Source: Candidatus Levyibacteriota bacterium
GTDB lineage: Bacteria > Patescibacteriota > Microgenomatia > Levybacterales > UBA12049
NCBI GenBank assembly: GCA_027459725.1
Contig: DAIDHK010000004.1
Coordinates: 7,050 to 71,049 of the forward strand
Length of the DNA: 64,000 nucleotides
Reading direction: 5' to 3'
Part shown: piece after piece, positions 29,350-39,460 of the stretch
How positions within the stretch are numbered: the stretch's first letter is position 1
Layout: the number at the start of each line of letters is the position of its first letter
Made by a program: the position numbers and the translations under genes
Notes under the pieces: model-generated
Told to the model about the DNA's origin: nothing
What the model saw: only the letters and a program-made list of their open reading frames with translations
Database searches by the model: none

Positions 29350-29985
29350 ATGACGTTTTCATTAAATCCAAGCTCTAATCCTACTACCAAAGCCTTTGCT
29401 TACCTTCGCGTTTCTACTGCTCTACAAGACCTAGAAAAGAATAAATCAGCTATTTTAGAGCTTGCCAACACAAAACACTTAGGCCATGTTGAATTCATAT
29501 CCGAGCAAGTCTCTGGCAAAATCACTTGGAGAAAGCGTAAGATTGCAGAACTTTTGGATAGTATGCAAAAAGGAGATAGCCTTATTGTCTCAGAGCTATC
29601 AAGGCTTGGCAGAAGTATGCTTGAGTGTATGGAAATACTCTCTGTAGCAATGCAGAAACAAATAAATGTCTTTTCAATAAAGGGCAATTGGGAGCTTAAC
29701 AATTCCATTCAAAGCAAACTTGTGGCAATGTGCTTCTCAATGGCAAGCGAAATTGAGCGTGATTTAATCAGCCAACGCACTAAGGAAGCACTCAGGGTAA
29801 AAAAACTTGCTGGAATCAAGTTAGGACGTCCAAAAGGCATTGGTAAAAGCAAACTTGACCAATATTCCATTGAAATTACCGCCCTTCTTAAAAACGGTTC
29901 AACCAAAGAGTTCATAGCAAAACGCTACAATACAACTCCTGCAAATCTTCATCACTGGCTCAAAAAGCGAGGGACACAGTATTAA
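29350..29985 (+). CDS. Small serine recombinase (resolvase/DNA invertase family)
   Basis: AYLRVSTALQD has the catalytic Ser. SELSRLGRS resolvase core. C-terminal HTH. Confidence 0.85.
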   Translation: MTFSLNPSSNPTTKAFAYLRVSTALQDLEKNKSAILELANTKHLGHVEFISEQVSGKITWRKRKIAELLDSMQKGDSLIVSELSRLGRSMLECMEILSVAMQKQINVFSIKGNWELNNSIQSKLVAMCFSMASEIERDLISQRTKEALRVKKLAGIKLGRPKGIGKSKLDQYSIEITALLKNGSTKEFIAKRYNTTPANLHHWLKKRGTQY

Positions 29986-29986
29986 G

Positions 29987-30169
29987 TTACTTTTTTCCTA
30001 GTTCTTCCTCAACCCACTTGAGTTTTTCTTCTAGCATTTTCTTTTTTGCTTCTAAGTGTTCTTTGGACATTTTATGCTCCATACAGCAGTCCATCATCAT
30101 GCCGTGACCTCCGTGAGCAGAACAACATCCGCAATAGCCACAATTTCCACAACATTTTCCTTTATCCAT
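29987..30169 (-). CDS. Cys/His-rich small protein (metallothionein-like)
   Basis: 60 aa: MDKGKCCGNCGYCGCCSAHGGHGMMMDCCMEH then a charged helix. Its start codon overlaps the stop of the upstream DUF488 gene (ATGA). Confidence 0.4.
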   Translation of the reverse strand: MDKGKCCGNCGYCGCCSAHGGHGMMMDCCMEHKMSKEHLEAKKKMLEEKLKWVEEELGKK

Positions 30170-30549
30170 TATGTATTCACCTCCTTTGCAATTTTAATAT
30201 CTCTTTTGTTTTCTAGTATGTCAAACAAGACTTTTGCTTCGTTATGTTTGGTATCACGAGCGCCATACAACAGCGATAGTAACTTGTGGCAGCTCTCAAG
30301 GCTTACGAGTTGATTTAACAATTCTTTTTTACTTTTTAGTTCTTCTTTGTACTTCTTTTCAAACTCCTGCCATTTGTTTGGGTCATGCGCGAACCATTCA
30401 CGCAGTTCATTGCTTGGAGCTATATCTTTAAGCCATAAATCAAGGTGAGCTTTTTCCTTTGAAATACCCCGAGGCCAGAGCCTATCTACAAGCACACGAT
30501 AACCATCTTTTTTATCATATGGCTCATAAATCCGCTTGAGTTGTATCAT
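30169..30549 (-). CDS. DUF488 (YeaO-like) protein
   Basis: RIYEP...DGYRVLVDRLWPRGISKE...DLWLKDIAPSNELREWF matches the DUF488 signature. Confidence 0.75.
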   Translation of the reverse strand: MIQLKRIYEPYDKKDGYRVLVDRLWPRGISKEKAHLDLWLKDIAPSNELREWFAHDPNKWQEFEKKYKEELKSKKELLNQLVSLESCHKLLSLLYGARDTKHNEAKVLFDILENKRDIKIAKEVNT

Positions 30550-30668
30550 CTAAAAATATTGTACTCCTTTTATTGAAATCCTACAAAATAATTTAACTGG
30601 ATATAAATACCTCACAGTTAGCTTCATTTATCTGGAAGTGGTAAAATTACACCAATATTAAAATAAAC

Positions 30669-31949
30669 ATGAACATACAACAAGAAACACCAAGTATTTC
30701 TTTTGGTGTCCTTCGTAAAATTGCTGACCACATGAAAAATATTCCTCTTTCTGATGTTTTGGAGCTGTTTGAAGAATGTGGTGTACCAAACTCTGTAATA
30801 AATAAGCATGAAGGAGAAACAAAAACTATTGTCTATCACGCGCTTAAAACACTGGCATTATCAAAAGAACCTGAGGATGAAAGTATACTCAAGAAGCTCA
30901 TTCTAGCTTCCCTTAATCCTGCACTCTACGCTGATAACTCCATTACTGAAAAAGATTGGGTTGAGCTATATAACCAATGGCTAAAAGAAGATGCAACAGA
31001 AACAGCAAAACAGATTATCCGTCTTAAAAATAACAAATTTCTTTTAGTAGACACCCTTCCGCCTTATAAAGAACAGGCAGTAATTCAACAACAAGATGCT
31101 GAATTGAGTAATCGTGTATTCCAATCTGTAGCGAAGCCTTATTCATCAGAAATAGCAGAGATACAAGAAGGATATAAAATTCTACTTCGTATCGTTAACA
31201 ATATTTTTAATACGCCATCTTTACTAACTGAAGAGTTAAATAATCAGTATATTAAACTAAGAGACATTATTAAAACAGACATAGAAAAGGTAAGCAAGGG
31301 GATAGATAAAGATATTGCTGATGAGATAAAAATTGACCCTTTAACTGAGCTTCGAGAAATAAGACCATTTTATAGAGATTATTTGGGAAAGGACCTTCTT
31401 TATATTCCCTTCACAAATCTTTACTTGGCAGAGAAAGAAATGCAAAAGTCTGGCATGACTAAAGAGGACATATTAAACCAGATGGAGGCGTGTTGTGGCG
31501 AACTAATTCATATTGCTGAACTGTCAGGCGTTACAAAACACACAAAATATCCAGGTAAGAGATATTTTAACGAGATACTTATGGATATAACGAAGAGTAC
31601 GGCCAGTAAGAATTATGTAAGTTCTCTTACGTTTGGCTTAAAAAGTGGTAACCTTACCTACTATACTTCTGATGGCAATAAATATAGAGGAAAGTTAGGA
31701 GATAATACAAACGGATTCAAGTTACTTGAGCTTCTGATGTCGCAACCACCAGAAACTGTACTTTCTTACTCAACTCTGGCTAAACATCTTAAAGCCATGA
31801 GGCCAAATATAGATAGCGATGACAAAAGGCGTGTTATTGATGCCGTTAGCTATATTCGTAAGAAGCTTAAACTAAAAAACAATGATAGCCCTTTTATTAC
31901 TCGAAACGGTTATGGGCTAAATTGCCTTCCAATTCTCACGATGGATTAA
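30669..31949 (+). CDS. Hypothetical protein with C-terminal OmpR/PhoB-type winged-helix DNA-binding domain
   Basis: The C-terminal VIDAVSYIRKKLK...FITRNGYGL resembles the trans_reg_C wing. No receiver domain. Confidence 0.45.
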   Translation: MNIQQETPSISFGVLRKIADHMKNIPLSDVLELFEECGVPNSVINKHEGETKTIVYHALKTLALSKEPEDESILKKLILASLNPALYADNSITEKDWVELYNQWLKEDATETAKQIIRLKNNKFLLVDTLPPYKEQAVIQQQDAELSNRVFQSVAKPYSSEIAEIQEGYKILLRIVNNIFNTPSLLTEELNNQYIKLRDIIKTDIEKVSKGIDKDIADEIKIDPLTELREIRPFYRDYLGKDLLYIPFTNLYLAEKEMQKSGMTKEDILNQMEACCGELIHIAELSGVTKHTKYPGKRYFNEILMDITKSTASKNYVSSLTFGLKSGNLTYYTSDGNKYRGKLGDNTNGFKLLELLMSQPPETVLSYSTLAKHLKAMRPNIDSDDKRRVIDAVSYIRKKLKLKNNDSPFITRNGYGLNCLPILTMD

Positions 31950-32223
31950 CTTTCCTCAAAATTCCTCAAAATACGAACTTTTTAAAGCTAAATCCTTTTT
32001 ATTTTCATTTTTTTTCCTCAAGAAAATAGAGCAAACTACATTTAGTATATGAAAGATGTAGAAAATCAAACCGACTTTAACACAGAACAGTATATTCAAA
32101 AACTAAAAGAACTTCCACCTCTTGACGAGAAGATTGAGTCTCGACTTCGTGCAATAGCTAACGCCATTCTTGATAGGCTCGAAGAAAGCAACAATAATTT
32201 ATCTACAGAGGAGGCTAATGCAA

Positions 32224-33972
32224 ATGTCTAATTTAACACAAGAAATAGATATAGGAATGGTAAGAGTTAGTTCATTTAAGCAGGGACTTGCTGGAGACTC
32301 GCCCGACGAGCAAAAGGAAGCAATCCAAGCTAAAAGAACAAAGGAAGGAAGAATTGATATTCCAATTGAATGGGTTGAAATAATTGAATCCGCATCGGGA
32401 GTAAAACAACCATATCAAAGAGTTTTGGCAATATGCAAACAATCACAAATAAAGATAAGTAGGGTGTATGCAAAAGTAATTGACCGGATGACAAGAGGAG
32501 GTGCAAAACCATACATCTTCTTTAAGGAACAACTTGAAAAGAATAATGTTCAACTAGTCGATGTTGCAGGTGTTATAAGTTCGCACACAGTCAATACTCT
32601 TGAACACATTACCAATAAGAAGTATGCTTGGAGTGTGTATAATCCTTCATATAAAGAAGAACTACTTGAAGCAGAAGCAGGTAAAGATGAGGTCAGGAAA
32701 ATTCTCACACGTATGATTGGTGCTGAGATTCGCTACATAAAATATGGCTATTGGGTAGGTCCATCGCCTCTCGGTTATAAAAACAAGAAAATTGATACCG
32801 CAGAACACGGAGAACGTACAATTCTTGAGCCAGATATAGAAAAAGAAGCAGTTTGGTTTGAGACAATGTTTTCCCTTGTTGCTCAAGGAACTCCTTATTT
32901 AGAAGTTGTAAAACAAGTCAATGCAATGGGCTTTAAGACAAGACCAAGAAAAATTTATGATGAGCTAATTAAAACAAAAGTAATTGGCGTACATTCTGGT
33001 GAAATTTTGACAGTTAAAAGTCTCAAGGAATACATCAAGCGACCAATTTACGCGGGAGTAAATAATCACTCTTGGCTTGAAGGAAAACCTGTTAAAGGAC
33101 GTTTTAAGAGCATTATTTCTATTGATTTATTTAATAGGGCAAATAAAGGTAAAATTACTATCGTCGAGGATGGAGAAAATGTGCGTATTTATAATGGCAA
33201 GGTGCCTTCATATTTGCAAAAAAAAGACAAATTCAATTCATATTTTCCATACAAAGACCAAGTCTTATGTCCTAAATGCAAAAAACCATTCTATGCAAGC
33301 ACTTCTAAGGGCAGAAATGGACATTATCCAGCATATCATCACGGGAGCAGAACTGGCACACATCCCTATCTTAAAGTGAGTAGGGACACATTCCATGAAA
33401 CAATTAGGAAATTCGTGCAGGAGGTAAAATTTACTGATGATTTTCTCATGTATCTTCACAAATTTATCCTTGAAGAATGGGAAACAAGAAGAAAAACCTC
33501 ATTAGACAAAAATATCACACTTGGACAGCGCCTCACTAGCATTGAACAAGAACAGAAAATGTATGCAGAAAAAATACCTTTACTCTCATCAGCTGTAGCA
33601 ATAAAGGTTATGGAAAGTAAAATAGAGGAGTTAGAGCAGGCAAAGGTTGAGGTAATGGCAGAAAAAGCAAAAAGGCAAAAAGAAGGAATGGATATTCAAA
33701 AAATTATTCACGACTCTTGGTACTTTTTCGAACACTTGGAGGATTTACTTCTCGAAGGCACAAATACACGTACAAATTCTACTCTCTTTGGTCTACTCTT
33801 TGACGAGAAGCCAACTTATGAGGATTTACTTTTTCGAACCGCTAAGTTGTCTTGTGTCTTCAAGCTAAGTGAAGCACACAAAAACACTCTGGGACAGAAA
33901 AGTATGAACAGTGACCCGACTCGGATTCGAACCGAGGACCAAGAGCTTAAAAGGCTCCTGCTCTACCGCTGA
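32224..33972 (+). CDS. Large serine recombinase (integrase) whose 3' end overlaps tRNA-Lys
   Basis: N-terminal resolvase-like domain (MVRVSS). Recombinase domain (GYWVGPSPLGYKNKK). Zn-ribbon/coiled-coil C-terminus. ORF track starts at 32170; Met at 32224 is the likelier start. The last 20 codons lie inside the tRNA-Lys gene. Confidence 0.8.
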   Translation: MSNLTQEIDIGMVRVSSFKQGLAGDSPDEQKEAIQAKRTKEGRIDIPIEWVEIIESASGVKQPYQRVLAICKQSQIKISRVYAKVIDRMTRGGAKPYIFFKEQLEKNNVQLVDVAGVISSHTVNTLEHITNKKYAWSVYNPSYKEELLEAEAGKDEVRKILTRMIGAEIRYIKYGYWVGPSPLGYKNKKIDTAEHGERTILEPDIEKEAVWFETMFSLVAQGTPYLEVVKQVNAMGFKTRPRKIYDELIKTKVIGVHSGEILTVKSLKEYIKRPIYAGVNNHSWLEGKPVKGRFKSIISIDLFNRANKGKITIVEDGENVRIYNGKVPSYLQKKDKFNSYFPYKDQVLCPKCKKPFYASTSKGRNGHYPAYHHGSRTGTHPYLKVSRDTFHETIRKFVQEVKFTDDFLMYLHKFILEEWETRRKTSLDKNITLGQRLTSIEQEQKMYAEKIPLLSSAVAIKVMESKIEELEQAKVEVMAEKAKRQKEGMDIQKIIHDSWYFFEHLEDLLLEGTNTRTNSTLFGLLFDEKPTYEDLLFRTAKLSCVFKLSEAHKNTLGQKSMNSDPTRIRTEDQELKRLLLYR

Positions 33973-33983
33973 GCTATCGGGCC
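33912..33983 (-). tRNA. tRNA-Lys (anticodon UUU)
   Basis: Cloverleaf folds by hand: acceptor GGCCCGA/TCGGGTC, anticodon loop CTTTTAA, T-arm CTCGG-TTCGAAT-CCGAG, discriminator A. No encoded CCA. Confidence 0.85.
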
Positions 33984-34092
33984 GTATGCTATACAAAACG
34001 GCTTGCTTAAAAGATAAGCACAAATTATTATACCAACAAGGCTACATCTTGACAAGCAAAAGACTTCATCCTAAACTAAGGGTAGATCTCAT

Positions 34093-34773
34093 ATGTCACC
34101 ATTAAATCCAACCTCCAATAATATTGGTAATACTGTTTTGCTATCTCTAAACAAGGGTTTGATGGCTACGATTTCCTTTATACCTAATTTTATTGCAGGT
34201 TTAATTCTTCTACTAATCGGCATTCTTTTAGGTTCCGTTCTGCGTAGAGTTTTTTATGAGGTTTTAATGTCATTGAAAATCGAAGCATATCTACATAAAT
34301 ACGGGATTCCTGAGGCCAAAAAAGATTTTAGCTGGACCAATATAATTGCTGAAATAATCCGTTGGTTTGTTATCATTTTATTCTTAATTCCTACAGCAGA
34401 GGTATGGCAGATGCCGCAAATTGTAACAGTATTAAATCAATTTCTTTTTTATTTACCTAACGTATTTGTTGCAGCGATTATCGGGATTGTCGGTTTAATT
34501 TTTGCCCGATTAGCCTATGATATTATTTTAGCCTCAACTAGACAATTATCTAGAGGTATTTCTAAAGGAATTGCCACAACTGCAAAATGGGCAATAACAG
34601 TATTCGCATTTTTGGCTGTTTTAAACCAACTAGGAGTAGCACAAGATTTAATTAGGATTCTTTTTACCGGATTTGTTGCTATGGTAGCCTTAGCAGGTGG
34701 AATTGCATTTGGCTTAGGAGGAAAAGGAGTTGCAGGTGATATTCTCGATAGTCTGTACAAAAAGTTTAAATAG
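34093..34773 (+). CDS. Membrane protein with conserved-TM-helix repeats (MscS-associated TM_helix-like)
   Basis: 226 aa, 5-6 TM helices with Gly-rich repeats. Confidence 0.4.
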   Translation: MSPLNPTSNNIGNTVLLSLNKGLMATISFIPNFIAGLILLLIGILLGSVLRRVFYEVLMSLKIEAYLHKYGIPEAKKDFSWTNIIAEIIRWFVIILFLIPTAEVWQMPQIVTVLNQFLFYLPNVFVAAIIGIVGLIFARLAYDIILASTRQLSRGISKGIATTAKWAITVFAFLAVLNQLGVAQDLIRILFTGFVAMVALAGGIAFGLGGKGVAGDILDSLYKKFK

Positions 34774-34868
34774 CTTAGCCTCAATATTAGTCACATAAGA
34801 TCTTATATAAAGAATAATTACTATGTTTTTGCTATAATATGGAGGTCAGTTGTGACTTCCAAGTACCA

Positions 34869-34945
34869 GCCGCGTTCGTCTAGTGGCCTAGGACGCTGGG
34901 CTTTCATCCCGGAAATCACGGGTTCGACTCCCGTACGCGGTACCA
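34869..34945 (+). tRNA. tRNA-Glu (anticodon UUC)
   Basis: Acceptor GCCGCGT/ACGCGGT, anticodon stem CTGGG/CCCGG with loop CTTTCAT, T-arm ACGGG-TTCGACT-CCCGT, encoded CCA. A TATAAT box lies about 25 bp upstream. Confidence 0.85.
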
Positions 34946-35353
34946 TATAGAACTTTTTACTAAATTCTCTAGATTAGCTTGTTCTGACGGGTTGTTCTTG
35001 GGTTCGAGCCGGGTAGTTTCAGCTTTTGTCTGTTTTACACCCTTTTTATAGTGTAAAAACGGTAATCGTGGCTGAAAATTCAAAATCTGATCTAGTAAGA
35101 TCAGGTTCGAGCCAACTCCTTTAACTATTGATTTTCTCTCAACTGTGTTTCCATTTTGAAATCTTTGGCTTGCTGTTAGAGCAAAATCAAAGCTTTCCCT
35201 AGCTATCTTTTCCCACTCGCTATCATCATTCATGTTTTGAAGCTGTTCGGTTAGTTTATCTTTTTCGGTAATCAGCCTTTGTTTTCTCTCTAAAAATTCA
35301 GCATCTGAAAGCATACTACCGTCAGAGTTTGCTGCTGATATTCGAAGTTCCAC
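34916..35353 (-). pseudogene. Probable C-terminal remnant of a large serine recombinase abutting tRNA-Glu
   Basis: Coiled-coil-rich 145-aa ORF whose end runs into the tRNA-Glu 3' end, mirroring the recombinase/tRNA-Lys arrangement. No catalytic domain. Confidence 0.3.
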
Positions 35354-35999
35354 TAAGTTATTTATCCGTTTGTTCCTAAAACGTGTGACTTGGCCTCATT
35401 CCATATATCTTCTGGTTGGCACTTTGCATCTGAGAGCCAGTGGGAAATACTATCGTGAGAAAGATCAACCGGGGAGACTTCTGACAAACTTAATGCAGAA
35501 TACCGTTGAGAGGTTATCCGAAGAAACGTACAATACAGTTCTTTTGTACATAAAGATTTAGTCATTTATTTAGTGTACATCAAACTATGTCATGTACGAA
35601 ACTCGTGTTTTGGTTAATTGCGCCAACGCTCTTTAGATTTATTTATATGTGTCTTAAAGACCCTTTTCTTCTTGCAGAGAGGTCAAAAGTATGTGGTAGT
35701 CTAAGACTCTGCCTATGTTTTAACAGCCACAATATATCTGTGTTCTTTAGTGGAAAATACGTCAATTTACAACGCATAAATCCTATCTTCTTGAAGAACT
35801 TTCTCTGTCCTCTTTAAAGAACTTGACAGTTCCTATATTCAAATATAGAATGTGTCTGATAAAATTGTCTATACAGATTTACAAATATTAGACAAGATAG
35901 ATCATGACCAAGGTGGTGAAATGGCTGATTTTATGAGAGTTTTTAATTCCTGTCTCGAACAGCTCGAGGCTAATATGTAGGAATTTAAAAAAGAGTAAT

Positions 36000-36395
36000 A
36001 TGAAAAAATGTCAAATTTGCGAAGTAACGCAACCTGTCGTAAGGAATATGCCAAGTGGAAGGTGGGTACTTGGAGAGAATCAGTTCTATAAAGGGTATTC
36101 GCTCCTCCTCTATCGATTTCATGTTGAACAATTGCATGAGCTTACACCAAAAGAAGTAGAAGTATTTTTACAAGATATGTATTCTATCGGCAAAGAGCTT
36201 TTTGAAAAACTCCATCCTGTACGAATCAACTATGCTATTTTAGGAAACACACTCCCCCATCTCCATGCACATATTATTCCTCGATATGCAGATGATTCTA
36301 ATCCACATCATTCTATCTGGAACACTCCATTAGAAAAACGAATAAAATTAACAACCATTGCACAAAGAGAAAATTTACTTAATGAGCTTATATGA
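36000..36395 (+). CDS. HIT-family (histidine triad) hydrolase
   Basis: HLHAHIIPR histidine triad. GC-richer patch. Confidence 0.8.
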   Translation: MKKCQICEVTQPVVRNMPSGRWVLGENQFYKGYSLLLYRFHVEQLHELTPKEVEVFLQDMYSIGKELFEKLHPVRINYAILGNTLPHLHAHIIPRYADDSNPHHSIWNTPLEKRIKLTTIAQRENLLNELI

Positions 36396-37173
36396 AATCA
36401 GTTGAAGCAATTATTCTAGCAGGTGGACGGGGGAAACGCATGGGAGAGATTACTGATAACGAACAGAAGTGTTTACTTCCCATTGATGGAAAGCCTATGT
36501 TATTGTTTCTAACAGAACAGCTAATAGAAGCGTTTGGGTCGGTAGATATTAAAATTGGTGTTGCTTATAAACAGCAGCGAGTAAAGGAGTTTATAGATCG
36601 AAACAAACCAAAAAAGGCATCTTTTACCTACGTACCCATGATTTAGATGTAGAGAGCTACTTGGCATATCAGACATTTGAGCCATACATAAAAGATGATT
36701 TTATTGCACTCCCGGGCGATGCAATTGCCTTTGCTAACGCATATAAAGATATTTATGAACGCTTCCAGCAAACGGGCAATCCAACGCTTTCTTTTTCACC
36801 ACGTATGACAGAATGTACACATGGAGTCGGTAAAGTCAGAGAGGGAGAGGTGACAGAGTTGTCTTGGTACAATGCAATTGCTCGAAAAGGAAGTATGACG
36901 CCTCTTGCGAAAAAATACGTTACTGAAACAGCACATCATGATCACTATCGTGATATGACAATCTTTGCAACTGATCGAAAGATTTTCCCTCAATTAGCAT
37001 CTTATCCAACACAAGGACGAGAAGGGATACGTATTGGGGAAGTCTTTATGCACGAACTAGCAAAAGGATATCCACTCCAGGGTAATATTTATACTGATCC
37101 TTGGGTACATGTAAGCTTTCCTAAAGACCTACGAAAAAGTATGTACAGCAGTGCACTAGAGATTGCAAGTTAA
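36392..37173 (+). pseudogene. Sugar-phosphate nucleotidyltransferase split by a frameshift
   Basis: 84-aa ORF with ILAGGRGKRMG (NTP_transferase N-terminus) stops at 36646. The continuation with the LPGD motif resumes in another frame at 36661. Confidence 0.45.
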
Positions 37174-37377
37174 AAGGGAGAGTTTTAAGTTTATGAAAGA
37201 AGGTTTAATAGTTCATTTTCCAAATAAGGAAAAACGGTTAGTCCGAAAAATTAAGAAAATAGTAAGGACTGGCTGGGATTCTTATTTAAATAGCATGTCA
37301 AGATTTGATAGATCAATTGAGTGTGAATCTTATCCTATGATTGCTCAGTCAAAGGAAGAATTCAGTTGATCATTAAT

Positions 37378-37977
37378 TCAGTTATTCAACCTTGTTTTAT
37401 TTACGTACTGAAGATAATATCCTAATAATCCAGCCATTACTGATGGCCAAACTAAGAATACATATGAGTCAAAAATATCTAACCATCCAGAACCTTGATA
37501 GGTAAAGATAGATATAAAATAAGATAAGGTACCCACTAAAAGTAAAATAAGAAAGTATTTAATCGTGAGATGTATTATGAAAAAATTAAAGATAAATAGA
37601 AATAACAGCGTGAATGTAAATACAACAATTACTAGAGGGACATATGTATATACATAGTTTTGATTTTCAGCAGTAATTATGCCTGCTCTTTGGAAGAAAT
37701 CAAGAAGTGCTACTACAGGATCAAAAATAAAAAATGAGAGAAAATATACAAATGTTGTAAAAACAATAAAGTAAAATATTCTGAGTGAAGAAATATACCT
37801 TTTTAAATATATGCTAGTAAAACAGGAGAAAATTGTTCCTGGTAGATATAAACTAAACGGAACAAGATTGAAATGGATCGGTATAGTTGATAATATACCG
37901 GAAATAATGCCTAATAATAGTAGAGGTACTAATTTCATTAGTGAGTATACCCTATAATATACCCTTATTGAAGTCAA
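37378..37977 (-). CDS. Polytopic membrane protein, hypothetical
   Basis: 199 aa, about 6 TM helices. Confidence 0.4.
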   Translation of the reverse strand: MTSIRVYYRVYSLMKLVPLLLLGIISGILSTIPIHFNLVPFSLYLPGTIFSCFTSIYLKRYISSLRIFYFIVFTTFVYFLSFFIFDPVVALLDFFQRAGIITAENQNYVYTYVPLVIVVFTFTLLFLFIFNFFIIHLTIKYFLILLLVGTLSYFISIFTYQGSGWLDIFDSYVFLVWPSVMAGLLGYYLQYVNKTRLNN

Positions 37978-38584
37978 TGCGAAGAGGGTGGAATGATTTT
38001 CGAACTATAGAGTGGTCGTAATTAGCAGATGATCCTGAGGTTATTTATCAACAAACGCAGCAGTTGGATTAAATATTACGAGAACTATTTAACTAAATGG
38101 CTGACTTTTGGTAAATCTAGCAAGCATGCGTTCCATTCTATTTGTTGCACGCAAACTGCTACGTCCTCTATGAATAAGTTGCATTCCACGATTACCAGTA
38201 ACATGCGGAACTAATAATTCGCCAACTTTTTTATAAGTAGGAGTACGGGTTCCTGGCTACGTATCTAGTCCATAATATAACCTCATTGCTTGAGCATCGC
38301 GAGTAGGCAAAATTGCTATTCGGTATCAATTCTTTGATAGTAAACATTAAGCTTATCTTCATCAACTTGCCCGTGTTTTGTATCTGTATCAATCGCACCT
38401 ACTGCTGCATGTAATTCATCAATGAGTTTTACTTTTCTCTCCCAAAGCAAACGATTCTTTTCACTCATACCCTCAACATAAGCCATTTGAACTATATCTA
38501 TAATTGAATCAGTAAATAATAGACATGTTCTGAAATAGCAGATAAGTTATGCCACAGGGATATATTTATGGGATTGGTGTTTAT

Positions 38585-39430
38585 TTAGATGGATGATAGG
38601 TGGTAATTCCAAAGTCCTGCAGATAGGAGAAGGAATTGGTCATCTATGAATGCTTTATGATTCCTCAATTTCTCGCTCATACACCTGTACCGCTTGATTC
38701 CGCCTATTGCGTGCTCAACGACGACCCTGTAGGAGGATATGATTTTGTTGGTTTCTTTATCATCAAGGCTTAGTGGCCTTCCTTTAGATCTCTTTTTGGG
38801 AATATGCAGGTTTTTATGATCTTTGTAAGATCCAATAAAGGCCGTATCCATCCATGCTGCAACTTCTTTTGGTAGTTGTTTGAGTATGTCCTCTTTATCT
38901 ACAAGTCTCTTATCGTGTCTACGGCCTGATTTTTGTTTGGTAATGACAAGTACCCTCCTTTTTTTATCACTCACAACAACACTTCTCCTCGTATGAGCTT
39001 TTTTCTTCTTCGGTCGTTGTTTTAGCCTCTAAACTCCATCAATAAATACTTCATCTGTTTCAGGAAATAACCGTAAAAATTCTTCAGGATCTTAAATCTT
39101 TCTTTGTGGTAAGACAAACTTTCGCTTCATTGTCAGTTCTAGTACAGGGAGCAGATCATGCATCCATGTACAAGCGTTACTCCTTACAAACTCTACCCAG
39201 AATGAGGCAACGTCAAAGGTGGGATAGGTTTTCATATACCAGAGTATGTAAAATAATTTCTCCTCAATAGAATCTATCTTACTGTTTCTCCCGCCTCCGA
39301 TCTTCCTCTGCCTGTTCCTCTTCCGTTTTGCCTCGTATTCGTGGTAATAATAGTCAAAATCTGCAACTAATGATGTAAATTCAGAAACCGTGAGGCCGGT
39401 GAGAGCTTCCTAATTCGAGTATTTCCTTTA
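38585..39430 (-). pseudogene. Degraded IS5-family (DDE_Tnp_4/Harbinger-like) transposase
   Basis: C-terminal fragment with RVVVEHAIGGIKRYR. An upstream out-of-frame N-terminal fragment (TYPTFDVASFWVEFVRSNACTWMHDLLPVLE) is interrupted by stops. More transposase-like fragments at 38230-38520. Confidence 0.5.
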
Positions 39431-39460
39431 TATGAATGTCTTGGATTTTATACATTCGTA

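Noticed and set aside
32170-32223. An extended N-terminus (MIGSKKATIIYLQRRLMQ) for the large serine recombinase
   Set aside because: This extension overlaps the upstream 60-aa ORF. The Met at 32224 directly follows that ORF's stop and begins the conserved resolvase-like domain.
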